A stretch of DNA of 64,000 nt, from assembly GCF_020745735.1 (NCBI RefSeq), contig NC_083435.1:38837090-38901089 (forward strand), written 5' to 3'. Position 1 is the first letter of the stretch. The number at the start of each line of letters is the position of its first letter. Under the pieces are notes generated by a model. The model saw nothing but the letters and a program-made list of their open reading frames with translations, was not told the DNA's origin and searched no databases. Positions 37,401-48,260 of this stretch are shown piece after piece. Origin of the DNA: Hemiscyllium ocellatum (taxonomy: Eukaryota). Position numbers and translations under genes: made by a program.

Positions 37401-40400
37401 AGTTTGAAAATTTAAAAAGAAATGTGAACCTTAAATTCGCTTCTCTCTGCTCGTTGACATTTCTGGCATTGATATTTTTTGTCCAAGCTCATTTTCCTTT
37501 GTCTTCTGCTTTTAGCCACTTTTTATTTGCTTTTGCATGTATATCTAGATCATCCTTCTCCCTTACATTTACTTCACTGTGTTGCTTTGCTTCGTTGTGC
37601 AATTCCTTATCCTTTTCCAGTTTGGCTTGTTGCCATCATCATGGAAAAATCAAATCTTTTCATTCCATTGGACATTGGCACCAGTTCTGGGGAAAACAAA
37701 CTCCAAAAGTTTCCCAATCTCCCTATTTTATTTGTAGCCTACTTTTTAAAGACACTTTTCCAACTGCTTTCTTACAATTAATCCCTTTCTGTTTCACCAG
37801 TTCAATATGTATTATTGCCCTTTGACCATGTTCTTTTTCCTCCCTGGGAGTCAAAGGACTTGAGCTTGATGCAAAAGTTGATGCTCAACATTCTTGCAAA
37901 ACCTTCTATTGCTGAATTGCAAATAGACTCCTCCCCTCATCACACCAGTTTCTTTTTAAATGTCACTGAATTGCTCCCTTGCCCTGACCAGTGAACTTCC
38001 ACAGGTGCTTTGCTATCAGTTTTCTCTGGAGTGACAACCCTCAAACATTTGGTCTGGAAATCTGTCTCCAGTTTCCCTTTGCTTCAGATGTCTCAAGTAT
38101 CTTACACAGCTTTTGACTCCATTAACATCTCCTCTATTCTCTCAATCTAAAATGAGCCAGAACCTGTCATTCTTCTGCATTCTGACAAGGAATCAATTAT
38201 TGATAAGATAAACATCAGTTCCAATTGAATTACTCTACTTTTTCATCCTCTATTTCCACATTGTTAACATTGTCCTCCAGTAACAAGATCTCAATGGTCT
38301 GTTAATGGCTGAGATTACTGCATGAGGAATTTCTAAATGCTCACTAATCCATATATTTTACACCATCTATTTTACATAGTTCCAGTCCAGGCCACTTTTT
38401 TAATGGATGTAAAATAGAAATTCTGGCAGTATTTGTGGAGAGATAACAGTTAACATTTTGGGTGCAGTTCTGGAGAAGGGTCATGAGCCAAAATGTTAGC
38501 TCTGCTTTCTCTCCACAGATGCTGCCAGATTTGAGATTTTTTCCAGCAATGTTTTTGATTTTCAGCATTCACAGTTCTTTAGGTTTTTCACCTTATTGGA
38601 TTGTTTAAGTAATCTTTGTATACTAACTTCAGTTTTCCAACTGTCTGAGATCTAGAATTCTTCATTTTGAATCTCAATTTCACAAGGAATTGTGGAACTG
38701 TCTCTTGTTAAAATGTAATCCCATTTTATTAAGACCCCATAACCTTGCTAGAATTAGTCTTGTGGAGTGGAATGAGGACAAGCTGCTGGAAATCTAGCAG
38801 TGAGCAAAATTCACATTCCCAGTACTTTTTTCCTGTGCTCATTGCTTACAGTTTGATTTTTGTTCATCCACCTCCTTGCTGCAGTCACTGTTCCAGCCTG
38901 AGGAGCTGAGAAAAATCAGTCAAATATGAAGACTTAACCAGGGAATGGATTTTACTTCGTAGCTGCAAGTTCTGTATCACAGTTGAACACCTAGTGTTGC
39001 TTTGACACCTGGATTGTTTTATTTGGACAGAAGTACAGAATGTCTCTCTATCAGAGAGACACAAGATCATTGTTGGAGCCCTGTTCTTTGGGATTGGACT
39101 GATCATCTTACTAGCTGGAGTGATAATGAGATTAAAGAATGCTAAAGGTGAGACTTTTCCTGTATCTCAAGTGTGGGATATTGCTGCCTTTGGGTTTTTG
39201 GTTGTTTGGGGCTGAGTCTGTACACAACAATATTAGCAGTTTAATACACCATGTTGCACTCAATGTGATATTTACTGTGTGCATCCTTTATCATCTATTG
39301 ATCAGTGCAGTGAGCATAGTGTTGTGGCTGTACAGGACATTGGCTAGGCCACTTTTGGAAAACTGCATTTAATTCAACCTCCCATTCAGTAAGAATGTTG
39401 TTCAACTTGAAAAGCTGCAAATGTGTTGCTGGTCAAAGCACAGCAGGCCAGGCAGCATCCGAGGAGGTTGCCAGAATTGGAACGTTTAGGTATACAGAGG
39501 CCGAATAGGCTGGGGCTGTTTTCCCTGAAGTGTCAGAGGCTAAGGGGTGACCTTGTATAGGTTTATAATATCATGAGTGGTGTGAATTGGGTGAACAGCC
39601 AAGGTCTCTTTCCGAGGGAAGGGGAGTCTAAAACTAGAGAGCATAAGTTTATGGTGGGGGGAAAGATATGAAAGGGACCCAAGGGGCAACTTTTTTTCAT
39701 GCAGAGGGTGGTACATGTATGGACTGAGCTGGCAGACAAAGTAGTGGAGGCTATTACAACATCTAAAAGGCATTTAAATGGGTACGTGAATAGGAGGGGT
39801 TTAGAGGGATATGGGCCAAATGGCACTAGATTGATTGAGGATATCTGGTCGGCATGGAGGAGTTGGACCGAAGGATCTATTTCCATGCTGTATAACTCCA
39901 TGTCTCCATAAAGCTTACTCATTTAAGATAGCTGCTGAACCTGGGAAATGCCAAGAGGTAACATCATTACCACTAGTACGGCAAAGTTCTCACTGAGGTT
40001 TGAGGTGGCCTTGTTATTGGTGTAATGTTTTTTAAAGCTGCTTTAGACAGGAAATATGGCTGGGAATTTTTAAAATTCCAGATCAAGAAATCTTTTCTGG
40101 CACAGTGGACAAATTCATCAAACTTAAATATTTTAGGTGGGATATTTCCAGGGCCTTCAAGTGCAATGGGCTGAATGTATAATGGAAACATTAGTGTAAA
40201 TGTAATTGGAACTGGGTGACATTCATGTAAAGCAGTTGCAAATCCTGTTTGCTAGCCATGTCATACTATCCAAATGTTCAATTTATCTCTAGGACACTTA
40301 TTCAGGGTAACTGTAAATCCATCTAGCTGACCTTATTTTAACTGATTCTTCCTTTAGAATAAGACAAACTCGATCTTTAAATACATTTTCTCTCAAGACA

Positions 40401-43400
40401 CTGCAAAACCTTATTTTTAGTGCTGAAAAGAGACCTCTGAGGAAATGTGTTCTGAAATGTGGTCACTGTTGTACTGTAGCATAACTTTAAACAGTTCTGA
40501 GGAAGGATCACTTGACCTGAAATGTTAACCTGAGTCTAATGGATGGCATGGTAACAGACCCTTTGGTCTAATTCATCCATAGTGACGACATATCCTAAAT
40601 TAACAGTCCCATTTGACCCATATCCCTCTAAACTGTTCCTATTCATATATCCATCCAGATGCCTTTTTTAAATGTTATAACTGTACCAGCCTCACCATTT
40701 CCTCTGGCTCCTAGTTCTGGACTCTTTCTTCCCCCCCCCACGCCCCACAAAAAGGAAAAAACTTTTTTATTCTATTTACCCTATCTATAACCCTCCTGAT
40801 TTTATAAACCTCTAAGGTCTTCCCTCAGCCTCCGATGCTCCAAGGAAAACTGCCCCAGCCTATTTGGCTCCTCCCTATAGCTCCAATCCTCCAACCCTGG
40901 CCACATCCTTGTAAATCTTCTCTGAACCCTTTCAAGTTTCACAACTTCCTTCCTTCCTATAAGAGGGAGACTAGAATTGCACGCAATATTCCAACAGTGG
41001 CCTAACCAATGTCCTGTACAGCCACATGACCTCCCAACTCTGATACTCAATGGTCTGACCAATAAGAGACCATACCAAATGCTGCCTTCTCTATCCTATC
41101 TACTGGAAACATCACTTTCAAGGAGCCAAGAACCTGCACTCCAACAACACTCCCTAGGACCTTACCATTTAGTGTATAAGTCCTGCTGAGATTTGATTTC
41201 CCAAAATGCAGCACCTCTCATTTATATAGATTAAACTCCATCTGCCACTTCTCAGCCCATTGACCCACCTGATCAAGATCCCATTGTACTGAGGTAACCT
41301 TTGCTGTCCACCACACCACCAATTTTCATGTCATCTACAAACTTACTAACTATACCTCCAATGTTCACGTCCTAATCATTTATATAAATAATGAAAAGCA
41401 GTGGACCCAGTGCTGGTCCTGTGACACACCAGTGATCACTGGCCTTCAGTCTGAAAAGCAACTCTCCACCACCACCCTCTGTCTTTCTATCTTTTGAGTC
41501 AGTTTTATATCCAAATGGCTAATTTTCCCTGTATTCCATGTGATCTACCTTTGCTAACCAGTCTACCAGGAGGAATCTTATCAAACTGATTTCTTGTCAC
41601 AGATGCTGAACCTGCTGAGCTTTGCCACCAACTTCTGTTTTTGTTTGATTTACAGCAGCCGCTGTTTTGATTTTAACTTAAACAGAATCTGTTCTGATGT
41701 TAGTTAAGGGGTAAGGTTTCATCATGACAGACGAGACTAGATGATCTTCAAACTAGTGTTAGGACATTCCTTGCATCTGTCTGAGGACAGACTGAGTTTA
41801 AGTTTCAACATCTCCTCTAATCTACTGTAAGATGCAGGCTAGCATTCCAGTGGAGTACTAGACCTCTGGGACGCCCGGACCAACCAACCCAACCACTCCG
41901 TGGCTCAACACTTTAACTCTCCCTCCCACTCCACCAAGGACATGCAGGTCCTTGGACTCCTCCATCGCCAGAACATAACAACATGACGGTTGGAGGAAAA
42001 ACGCCTCATCTTCCGCCTGGGAACCCTCCAACCACAAGGGATGAACTCAGATTTCTCCAGTTTCCTCATTTCCCCTCCCCCCACCTTGTCTCAGTCGATT
42101 CCCTTGAACTCAGCACCGCCCTCCTAACCTGCAATTTTCTTCCTGACCTCTCCGCCCCCACCCCACTCCGGCCTATCACCCTCACCTTGACCTCCTTCCA
42201 CCTATCACATCTCCATCGCCCCTCCCCCAAGTCCCTCCTCCCTACCTTTTATCTTAGCCTGCTGGACACACTTTCCTCATTCCTGATGAAGGGCTTGTGC
42301 CCAAAACGTCAAATTTCCTGTTTCTTGGATGCTGCCTGACCTGCTGCGCTTTAACCAGCAACATATTTTCAGCTCTGATCTCCAGCATCTGCAGACCTCA
42401 CCTTTTTACTAGACTATTTTATATTCAAGGTGTGGGGCTTGCAACCCTAACCTTTTAACTTGGGTAACCTAACCATGTTGTTTTCTCTTCCAGCTATCCT
42501 GGACTCCAGCAATCATGGTCCACGTAAGTATACCAGCCAAGAATAAATTTTGTGGGAGGGATGCACTGAGGGTTCTGTTCTGACAAATAGTGAGACCGTA
42601 GTATTCCACTTCTAGAATTAACCCTGACAGTAAAATTCCTTCTGTATTGCAAATATTGTCCCTATCACAGGTTCATTTCACATTAACCTTCACTGCTAGT
42701 CAGTGTAACTAGTGCACTAAATAAAAAACCTCATTTCCACCAGTCTCATTAGCAGGCATCTTTAGTTTGGGAGCCTCTGGAATTTGCTGATAGTGAGGAG
42801 GATTGTCAGGATACAGCAGGATATAGATCAGTTGGAGGCAAGGGGAGAAAAATGGCAGATGGAGTTTAAGCTGGACAAATGTGGGTGATGCATTTTGAAA
42901 AGGTAAGTACAGGTGGAAATTATACAGTGAATAGCAGAACCCTTAGGAGTATTGATAGGCAGCAGGATCTGGGTGTGCAGGTCCACAGATCACTGAAGGT
43001 GGCTGTGCAGATACTTAAACTAATAAAGGCCTATGGCATGCTTCTCTTCATTAGAGGGGACACTAAGTATAAAGAGACAAGTTTTGCTGCAGCTTTATAG
43101 AATTTGGTTAGGCCACACCTAGAATATTGTGTACAGTTCTAGCTGCCACAGACAGAAAGATGTTGATGCTTTGGAGAAGGCACAGAAGAGGTTTACCCAA
43201 AGAGTATGGGGGATTTTAGTGATGGATAGACTGGGTTTGTTTTCACTGGAACTCAGGAGGTTGAAGGGCAACCTGATAGAAGTTTAAGATTGTAAACAGC
43301 ATGGTTAGTGGAAAGTATAAGACTTTTTTCCCCAGGGTGGAGGGGTCAATTACCAGGGACACAGGTTGAAGGTGCATGAGGGAGACTTTTACAAGAGATG

Positions 43401-43828
43401 AGGCAATTTTTGAGAAGGTGGTGAGTACCTATAAAGTGCTGGCAGAGGAGGTGGTGGAGGCAGACACAGTAGCAGCATTTTAAGAAGCACGTGGATGAAT
43501 ACATGAATAGGAAGGGAACAGAGGATTATGCATGTGAACACTTTCTTAGTATGGAAAGGCAAAATGTGTTGGCACAGGCTTGGAGGGGCCAAAGGGCCTG
43601 TTCCTATGCTCTATTCTTTGTTCAAAGTATGATACAATCTATCACATGAATGTTATAGAACTCCACTGCACCAATTTGTACAAAAACTGCCATTGCTATC
43701 CCATACTGAGCTTAATGGTAAACTGGTTCAGTGCAGTTTGTTGGGTTAATGGTGTATGTCGAGATTGTGTCTTTATTTTCTAACTCTGGTAATTTGTTTC
43801 AGGTCTGATGGGTCCAGCTGTCAGCTAA
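28360..43828 (+). CDS. MHC-IIB: MHC class II beta chain gene, 6 coding exons, join(28360..28474,28574..28831,34696..34977,39031..39147,42494..42523,43803..43828), 275 aa
   Basis: Hand-spliced exons of 115+258+282+117+30+26 = 828 nt give an uninterrupted ORF. All five introns are GT..AG and phase 1. The leader/beta1/beta2/TM/cyt/cyt layout matches jawed-vertebrate class II beta genes. The symbol is a generic label, not a locus name. Confidence 0.95.
28574..28831 (+). CDS. MHC-IIB: MHC IIB exon 2: beta1 peptide-binding domain ([21 protein letters not shown]...[32 protein letters not shown])
   Basis: Acceptor tttctcAG and donor G|GTAAGG, 258 nt. Contains the beta1 Cys pair, the N-I-S sequon just after the first Cys, and W61/N62 and N82 equivalents (HLA-DRB numbering). 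Confidence 0.93.
29790..31090 (+). mobile_element. Degraded Penelope-like element (RT 3' half + GIY-YIG) in MHC IIB intron 2
   Basis: Frameshifted remnants of [29 protein letters not shown] and [12 protein letters not shown] motifs; degenerate hammerhead-like end near 31015-31035. Confidence 0.78.
32790..33845 (-). mobile_element. CR1 3' fragment in intron 2
   Basis: [15 protein letters not shown] motif and tail. Confidence 0.85.
34696..34977 (+). CDS. MHC-IIB: MHC IIB exon 3: beta2 Ig C1-set domain (VEPTVTI...[19 protein letters not shown]...DGDWTYQ...[10 protein letters not shown]...W)
   Basis: 282-nt exon, the typical size for a class II beta2 exon. Has C1-set C-x-V-x-G-F-Y-P, W and Y-x-C-x-V-x-H motifs and the class II beta GDWTYQ motif. 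Acceptor tccAG, donor G|GTAAGA. Confidence 0.97.
35095..35330 (+). mobile_element. tRNA-derived SINE (second family; another copy at ~50960-51150)
   Basis: Head agctagctcag.tggctg.. with A-box-like start, shared ccctcaggttaaa.caccacca and gagagcagccc.tatgg. Confidence 0.55.
35499..35660 (-). repeat. Penelope-type pLTR fragment (third family); the same sequence is inserted with a TSD in CR1 ORF1 at ~22980-23056
   Basis: Shared aaagtttg.gagaagatttgta.ct..ggtgct...ggttctgtt..ccaagctgggaatttgtgttgcag. In CR1 ORF1 it is flanked by ATGGGTTAAC on both sides, and the insertion is absent from the sister copy near 63552. Confidence 0.6.
35690..36960 (+). mobile_element. Degraded CR1 RT/3' region in intron 3
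   Basis: [13 protein letters not shown] and [13 protein letters not shown] motifs. Confidence 0.8.
39031..39147 (+). CDS. MHC-IIB: MHC IIB exon 4: connecting peptide + TM ([39 protein letters not shown])
   Basis: Acceptor atttggacAG, donor G|GTGAGA. Hydrophobic helix with Gly at i, i+7 and i+14 as in class II beta TM helices, followed by a basic stop-transfer RLKNAK. Confidence 0.92.
39310..39900 (+). mobile_element. CR1 3' fragment in intron 4
   Basis: [14 protein letters not shown] and [10 protein letters not shown] motifs plus tail. Confidence 0.8.
40540..41590 (-). mobile_element. CR1 3' fragment in intron 4
   Basis: [17 protein letters not shown] motif. Confidence 0.8.
41864..42406 (+). 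mobile_element. Penelope-like 3' fragment in MHC IIB intron 4 with 8-bp TSD
   Basis: GIY-YIG tail ([41 protein letters not shown]) plus pLTR. TACTAGAC at 41856-41863 and 42407-42414. Confidence 0.82.
42494..42523 (+). CDS. MHC-IIB: MHC IIB exon 5: cytoplasmic micro-exon ([10 protein letters not shown])
   Basis: Strong polypyrimidine acceptor ttttctcttccAG, donor C|GTAAGT. 30 nt, frame preserving. Confidence 0.82.
42660..43620 (+). mobile_element. Degraded CR1 3' fragment in intron 5
   Basis: [14 protein letters not shown] motif and tail. Confidence 0.75.
43803..43828 (+). CDS. MHC-IIB: MHC IIB exon 6: last coding exon (RLMGPAVS*)
   Basis: Acceptor tttgtttcAG. Phase-1 join gives R-L-M-G-P-A-V-S-TAA, with AATAAA 34 nt downstream. 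Confidence 0.78.
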
Positions 43829-43861
43829 CTAACCTCTGGGAGAATGTGTTCAAGACATTGG

Positions 43862-43867
43862 AATAAA
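43862..43867 (+). terminator. Candidate polyadenylation signal of MHC IIB
   Basis: First AATAAA after the stop. The downstream U/GU element is weak, so the true 3' UTR may be longer (an ATTAAA followed by U-rich DNA lies near 44833). Confidence 0.4.
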
Positions 43868-44984
43868 TGACTTAATTAAATGACACAATTAAACCGCTTA
43901 ATGCATTGAGACCCCTCCTGACTCTCTATAGCTTACTGGGTGCAAGGCTACTTTTCCTTTTTTATGATGTTTAAGATTAACTTTAAGCAACGTTGAAATT
44001 TGTATGCTCTAGTATCTCACTGCACACATCCCTATCATCTGGTTCAATGATTAAACATGTTGAAATTAAGAAACTGGGATAAGTGCTGGGTCCATTCTGT
44101 ATCTCTACTTTCAAAATATGCACTTTTTAAAAAACTCGTCAGATCTTCAACATTGGCCTGGATTATCATTGAGTTGGGGAGATGCCATGAATGGCTAAAA
44201 ATGGCAACAGGACCAGATTTCAGAATTTCTGACCACTTGATTGGATTTTTGATTTTCAGCAGTGCTTAAGGGTGTGTGCAGGTTTGGGTCACAATCCCAC
44301 AGTTTACCTGACCTGCTCTACAATAGAGATAGCCACAGCCTAGTTCTTTCACTCAACTCAATGAAAATTGCAGTTTATGTAGAGTCATGGTTCATGGCAC
44401 CTATCATGAACCGTACTCTGCCTGAGGTGGCTTTTTTGAAAGGAAAGTTCAAAAGCTCCTCATGCCTCCCATACCAAGCTATTGCCCATCATTTGTTGTA
44501 GACTACAGAACCAATGCATTCTGTAGTGATGACAATTTAAGAAATGCATCGAATGCTAATGTAGACCCCAAACATCCATTTGGAGTGCTGAAACAGCTAA
44601 TCCCTGAGTAAGTATTGCTTGACTGATAGCTTTGGATCTCTGCACAATTCAGATCAATGTTTGAGCACAAGGTTTCAAATACCCGTGAATTGTTAGGGTC
44701 TGTTTTTAAATGTGCTATTTTCACTAGTCAGGAATTTGACAAGTCTCACTAACTTACTAAAATGAATGTCCAGGCCTTTATCTATAAATGTATGCAAATG
44801 CTACAATGGATATTTGTCATAGAAAAAAATTGATTAAAATTCAATTTTACTCAGGTCTGCTATTGTTGGTCCTTTCCTGCAACAACTGTAACAAAACTTG
44901 ACTGGCTTTTTATTTCTAATTACTTTTGGGACTCTAACATCAAAGCATGGGAAAAGTATAAAATTGTTTTTAGGCAAAAGATGA

Positions 44985-45725
44985 ACGTAGAACATAGAAA
45001 AATACAGCGCAGTACAGGCCCTTCGGCCCTCGATGTTGCACCGACCGAAGCCTACCTAACCTACACTAGCCCAACAACCTCCATATGCTTATCCAATGCC
45101 CGCTTAAATGCCCATAAAGAGGGAGAGTCCACCACTGCTACTGGCAGGGCATTCTATGAACTCACAACCCGCTGAGTAAAGAATCTACCCCTAACATCTG
45201 TCATATACCTACCACACCTTAATTTAAAGCTGTGTCCCCTAGTAACAACTGACTCCATTAGCGGAAAAAAGGTTCTTACTGTCAACCCTATCTAAACCCC
45301 TAATCATCTTGTACACCTCTATCAAATCTCCCCTAAACCTTCTTTTCTCCAATGAGAACAGCCCCAAGTGCCTCAGCCTTTCCTCATACGATCTTCCTAA
45401 CATGCCAGGCAACATCCTGGTAAACCTCCTCTGCACCCGTTCCAATGCCTCCACATCCTTCATATAGTATGGTGACCAAAACTGCACACAATACTCCAGA
45501 TGAGGCTGCACCAGAGTCTTATACAACTGCAACATGACCTCAGGACTCCGGAACTCAATTCCTCTACCAATAAAGCTCAGTACATCATATGCCTTCTTCA
45601 CAGCACTATTTACCTGGGTGGCAACTTTCAGAGATCTGTGTACATGGATACCAAGATCCCTCTGCTCATCCACACTACCAAGTAGCCTACCATTAGCCCA
45701 GTACTCCGTCTTCTTGTTACTCCTG
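44985..45725 (-). mobile_element. CR1 3' fragment, same subfamily as 54199-56536
   Basis: Tail tagaacatagaaaaatacagcgcagtacaggcccttcggccctc is shared, and the coding sequence is highly similar. Confidence 0.9.
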
Positions 45726-45899
45726 AGTTTGGCTCTGAACTCCATTCCTGTTGTGCATTGTATATTCCATTGTGCGGAATGAGTTATCTCAGGGTAATGA
45801 AGAGGCAATTTTGTAATTAGTCTAAAGTATGTGATTACTCAATGGGGTGCATATGTAGCCAGAGTCATTGCTTAGTATTGGTGACAATGGATTGTAGAT

Positions 45900-47000
45900 A
45901 AAGCAGGCTCCCCTAGTTGGAATCAAACTTTGGTTTCAACAGTAATTTTTATTTAAAACTGCCTATTAGACCAGCCATTCAAGTAGAGAATGAAAGGGTG
46001 AAACAAGCTGAAGATGTTGACAAAAGTCCTGGAAATGGAAATACAGATTTGAGGGTGGAGATAAAGACTATATTGGTGAACCTGTAGGGCCACAGGAGCC
46101 TAAGGGGAAAATGCTCCCAAGTTCCTGTCAAGCCTATGACATCAATGAAATCTGTCCTTAATTGGCTCTGGAGGGGGTGCAGAGGAGGGTTGACTAGGTT
46201 GATTCCAGAGTTGAGGGTTGGCTTATGAGGAGAGAGAGTAGACTAGAACTATACTCTCTGGAACTTAGAATGAGGGGACTGTCTTCCCTATTCCCTTCAT
46301 AAATTTTATGAATCTATAAGATGGAAGCAGGTAGGTTGTTTCCCCTGGTGGGTGGAACTAGGGTTTGAAGCATAGCCTCAAAGTTAGAGGAGCAGATTTG
46401 ACTGAGTTGAGGAGGAATTTCACTCAAAAGGTTGTGAATTTCCTGCCCAGTGAAGCAGTTGAGGATACCTCATTGAATTTTAAGGTAAAGACAGATTTTA
46501 CAACATTAAAGGAATTAATGGTTATGGTCAGTGGGTGTGTAAGTGGAGCTGAGTCCATGAAAAGATCGGCCATGATCATATTGAACGGCAGAGCAGGCTC
46601 AATGGGCCAGGTGGCTTATTCCAGCTCCTATTTCTTATGCTCATAAATTAGCGAGTTGGAAAATAATCTTCATCATGACTACAAAGAGGGGCAGGAAATT
46701 TGGAATGCAAAAGCTGAAAGCTGATTATCAGAATGCAGTAGCATTGTTGCAACTGATGAACTGAAATCTGAGCTGATATCCATTTGAGAAATAGATTGAA
46801 CTGCCTGAGGAAGTGGTGGAGGGTAGTACAATTACCACATTTCAAAGGCCCCTGGGCGGGTATATGAATAGGAAGGGCTGAAGAATATGGGCCAAGTGCT
46901 GGCAAATGGGAAGAGATTAATGTACCATATCTGGTTGGTATGGACGAGTTGGACTGAAGAGTGTGTGGCCATGCTGTGTAGCTCTTTGGCTGTAAGATAA
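45900..47000 (+). mobile_element. Degraded CR1 fragments
   Basis: LTELRRNFTQKVVNFLP motif and two tails. Confidence 0.65.
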
Positions 47001-48205
47001 TAGATCTGAATATTCAAGGGTACACCTCAAAAGGGCAAGAAACTCTAGAGCAACCAAGGACTGGCAATAAATGCTGGCCAGCCAGTGACTCTCACATCCC
47101 ATGAATAAATAAGTGCCATATTGAGGTGACATTGCTTCTAAAGATGAGGAATAAGAAATAGAAAAGGTAAGATGCTGCTTTGTGGGTGCAGTTAATAATG
47201 CTCATTAACCAACCATGTAGGGGAATGGGTTGGTTGCGCTTCGGCGGGTCGGTATGGACTTGTTGGACCGAAGGGCCTGTTTCCACAGTGTAAGTAATCT
47301 AATCTAATCTAACCACAATGGAGGATAGATAGAGGAAGAAATCTGGCTTCGAGGAAAGCTTATTTTGGGTGATTTTAATCCAAATTTGAATTGGATTGCC
47401 AGGGTAACCTGGATGAGGAGTTCATTTGTTTTCAGGTTAGTTGTCTAGATCAGGATATTCTAGCTCTGGTAATGTACAATGAGGCAGGATCAATAAATTA
47501 CCAACCTCCATAAAGGAGCCTCTTAAATAGCAGTGATTAAAATTCAGTTTGAGGAAAGAAGTCATTAATTTTAATGAAGAGAACAGGCTAGAGTGAAATT
47601 AGAATGGAGGTATATCAACAGAAATCAAATATAGGCATTAATAGTATCAAATTGAAAGGAAATGGACTGTTCTGTGCAGGATCATAATATAAATAATAAA
47701 AGATAGGATAATATGAAAGCCTGCAAAGAATTACTAGAGCAGAGAGAGAAAAGAAATTAGTGAGAAAGCTAGTAAGAGATGGTTGAATTTTCTCTATTAG
47801 TCCATGAAAACAGACTACTTGTCATAGGAAGAGAAACAGTAAGATCCATTTGGGAACTTCCAGCCATGCTGGTAATAAGAATTAGACAATAGAAACTGGG
47901 ATTGTTCCCTGGCACCGTCTCAGGATTTCATTCCATAAGTTCTTTGCCTAGTTGGGGGATCCTTGGCTCATTGTTAATGTTTCATTTTAAGAAATTTACC
48001 GAGTAGTTGTTCAATGGTGGTTTTTATTACCTTCCACTCTGGGAAGGGAAAAGAGCCTGATTCCAAATCCTCCTTGGCTAAAGCACTAATTGAAACATTA
48101 GTGGTGTCATTGAGTTGCAAGCTAGCTAATTGAACTAACTAACCCTGCATAGTATCCATATGGGGTAAGGGGTTTATCATTTTAATGAGAAATTTAAAAT
48201 GATAT

Positions 48206-48260
48206 GGCATTTCTCATATCAGTCATTAAAATTATTTTAATGACTGATATGAGAAATGCC
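48206..48260. repeat. Perfect 55-bp palindrome (27-bp arms, 1-nt centre)
   Basis: GGCATTTCTCATATCAGTCATTAAAAT-T-ATTTTAATGACTGATATGAGAAATGCC, checked base by base. Confidence 0.95.

Noticed and set aside
37172-37825. 217-aa hydrophobic ORF as a membrane protein
   Set aside because: It is the antisense reading of a degraded A-rich CR1 segment in intron 3, with no domain signature.
28360-43828. MHC class I, DM-like or Ig/TCR identity
   Set aside because: A single membrane-distal domain exon with a Cys pair and N-glycan site, the GDWTYQ beta2 motif and the Gly-patterned TM all fit a class II beta chain. There is no alpha1+alpha2 exon pair and no V/J segments or RSS.
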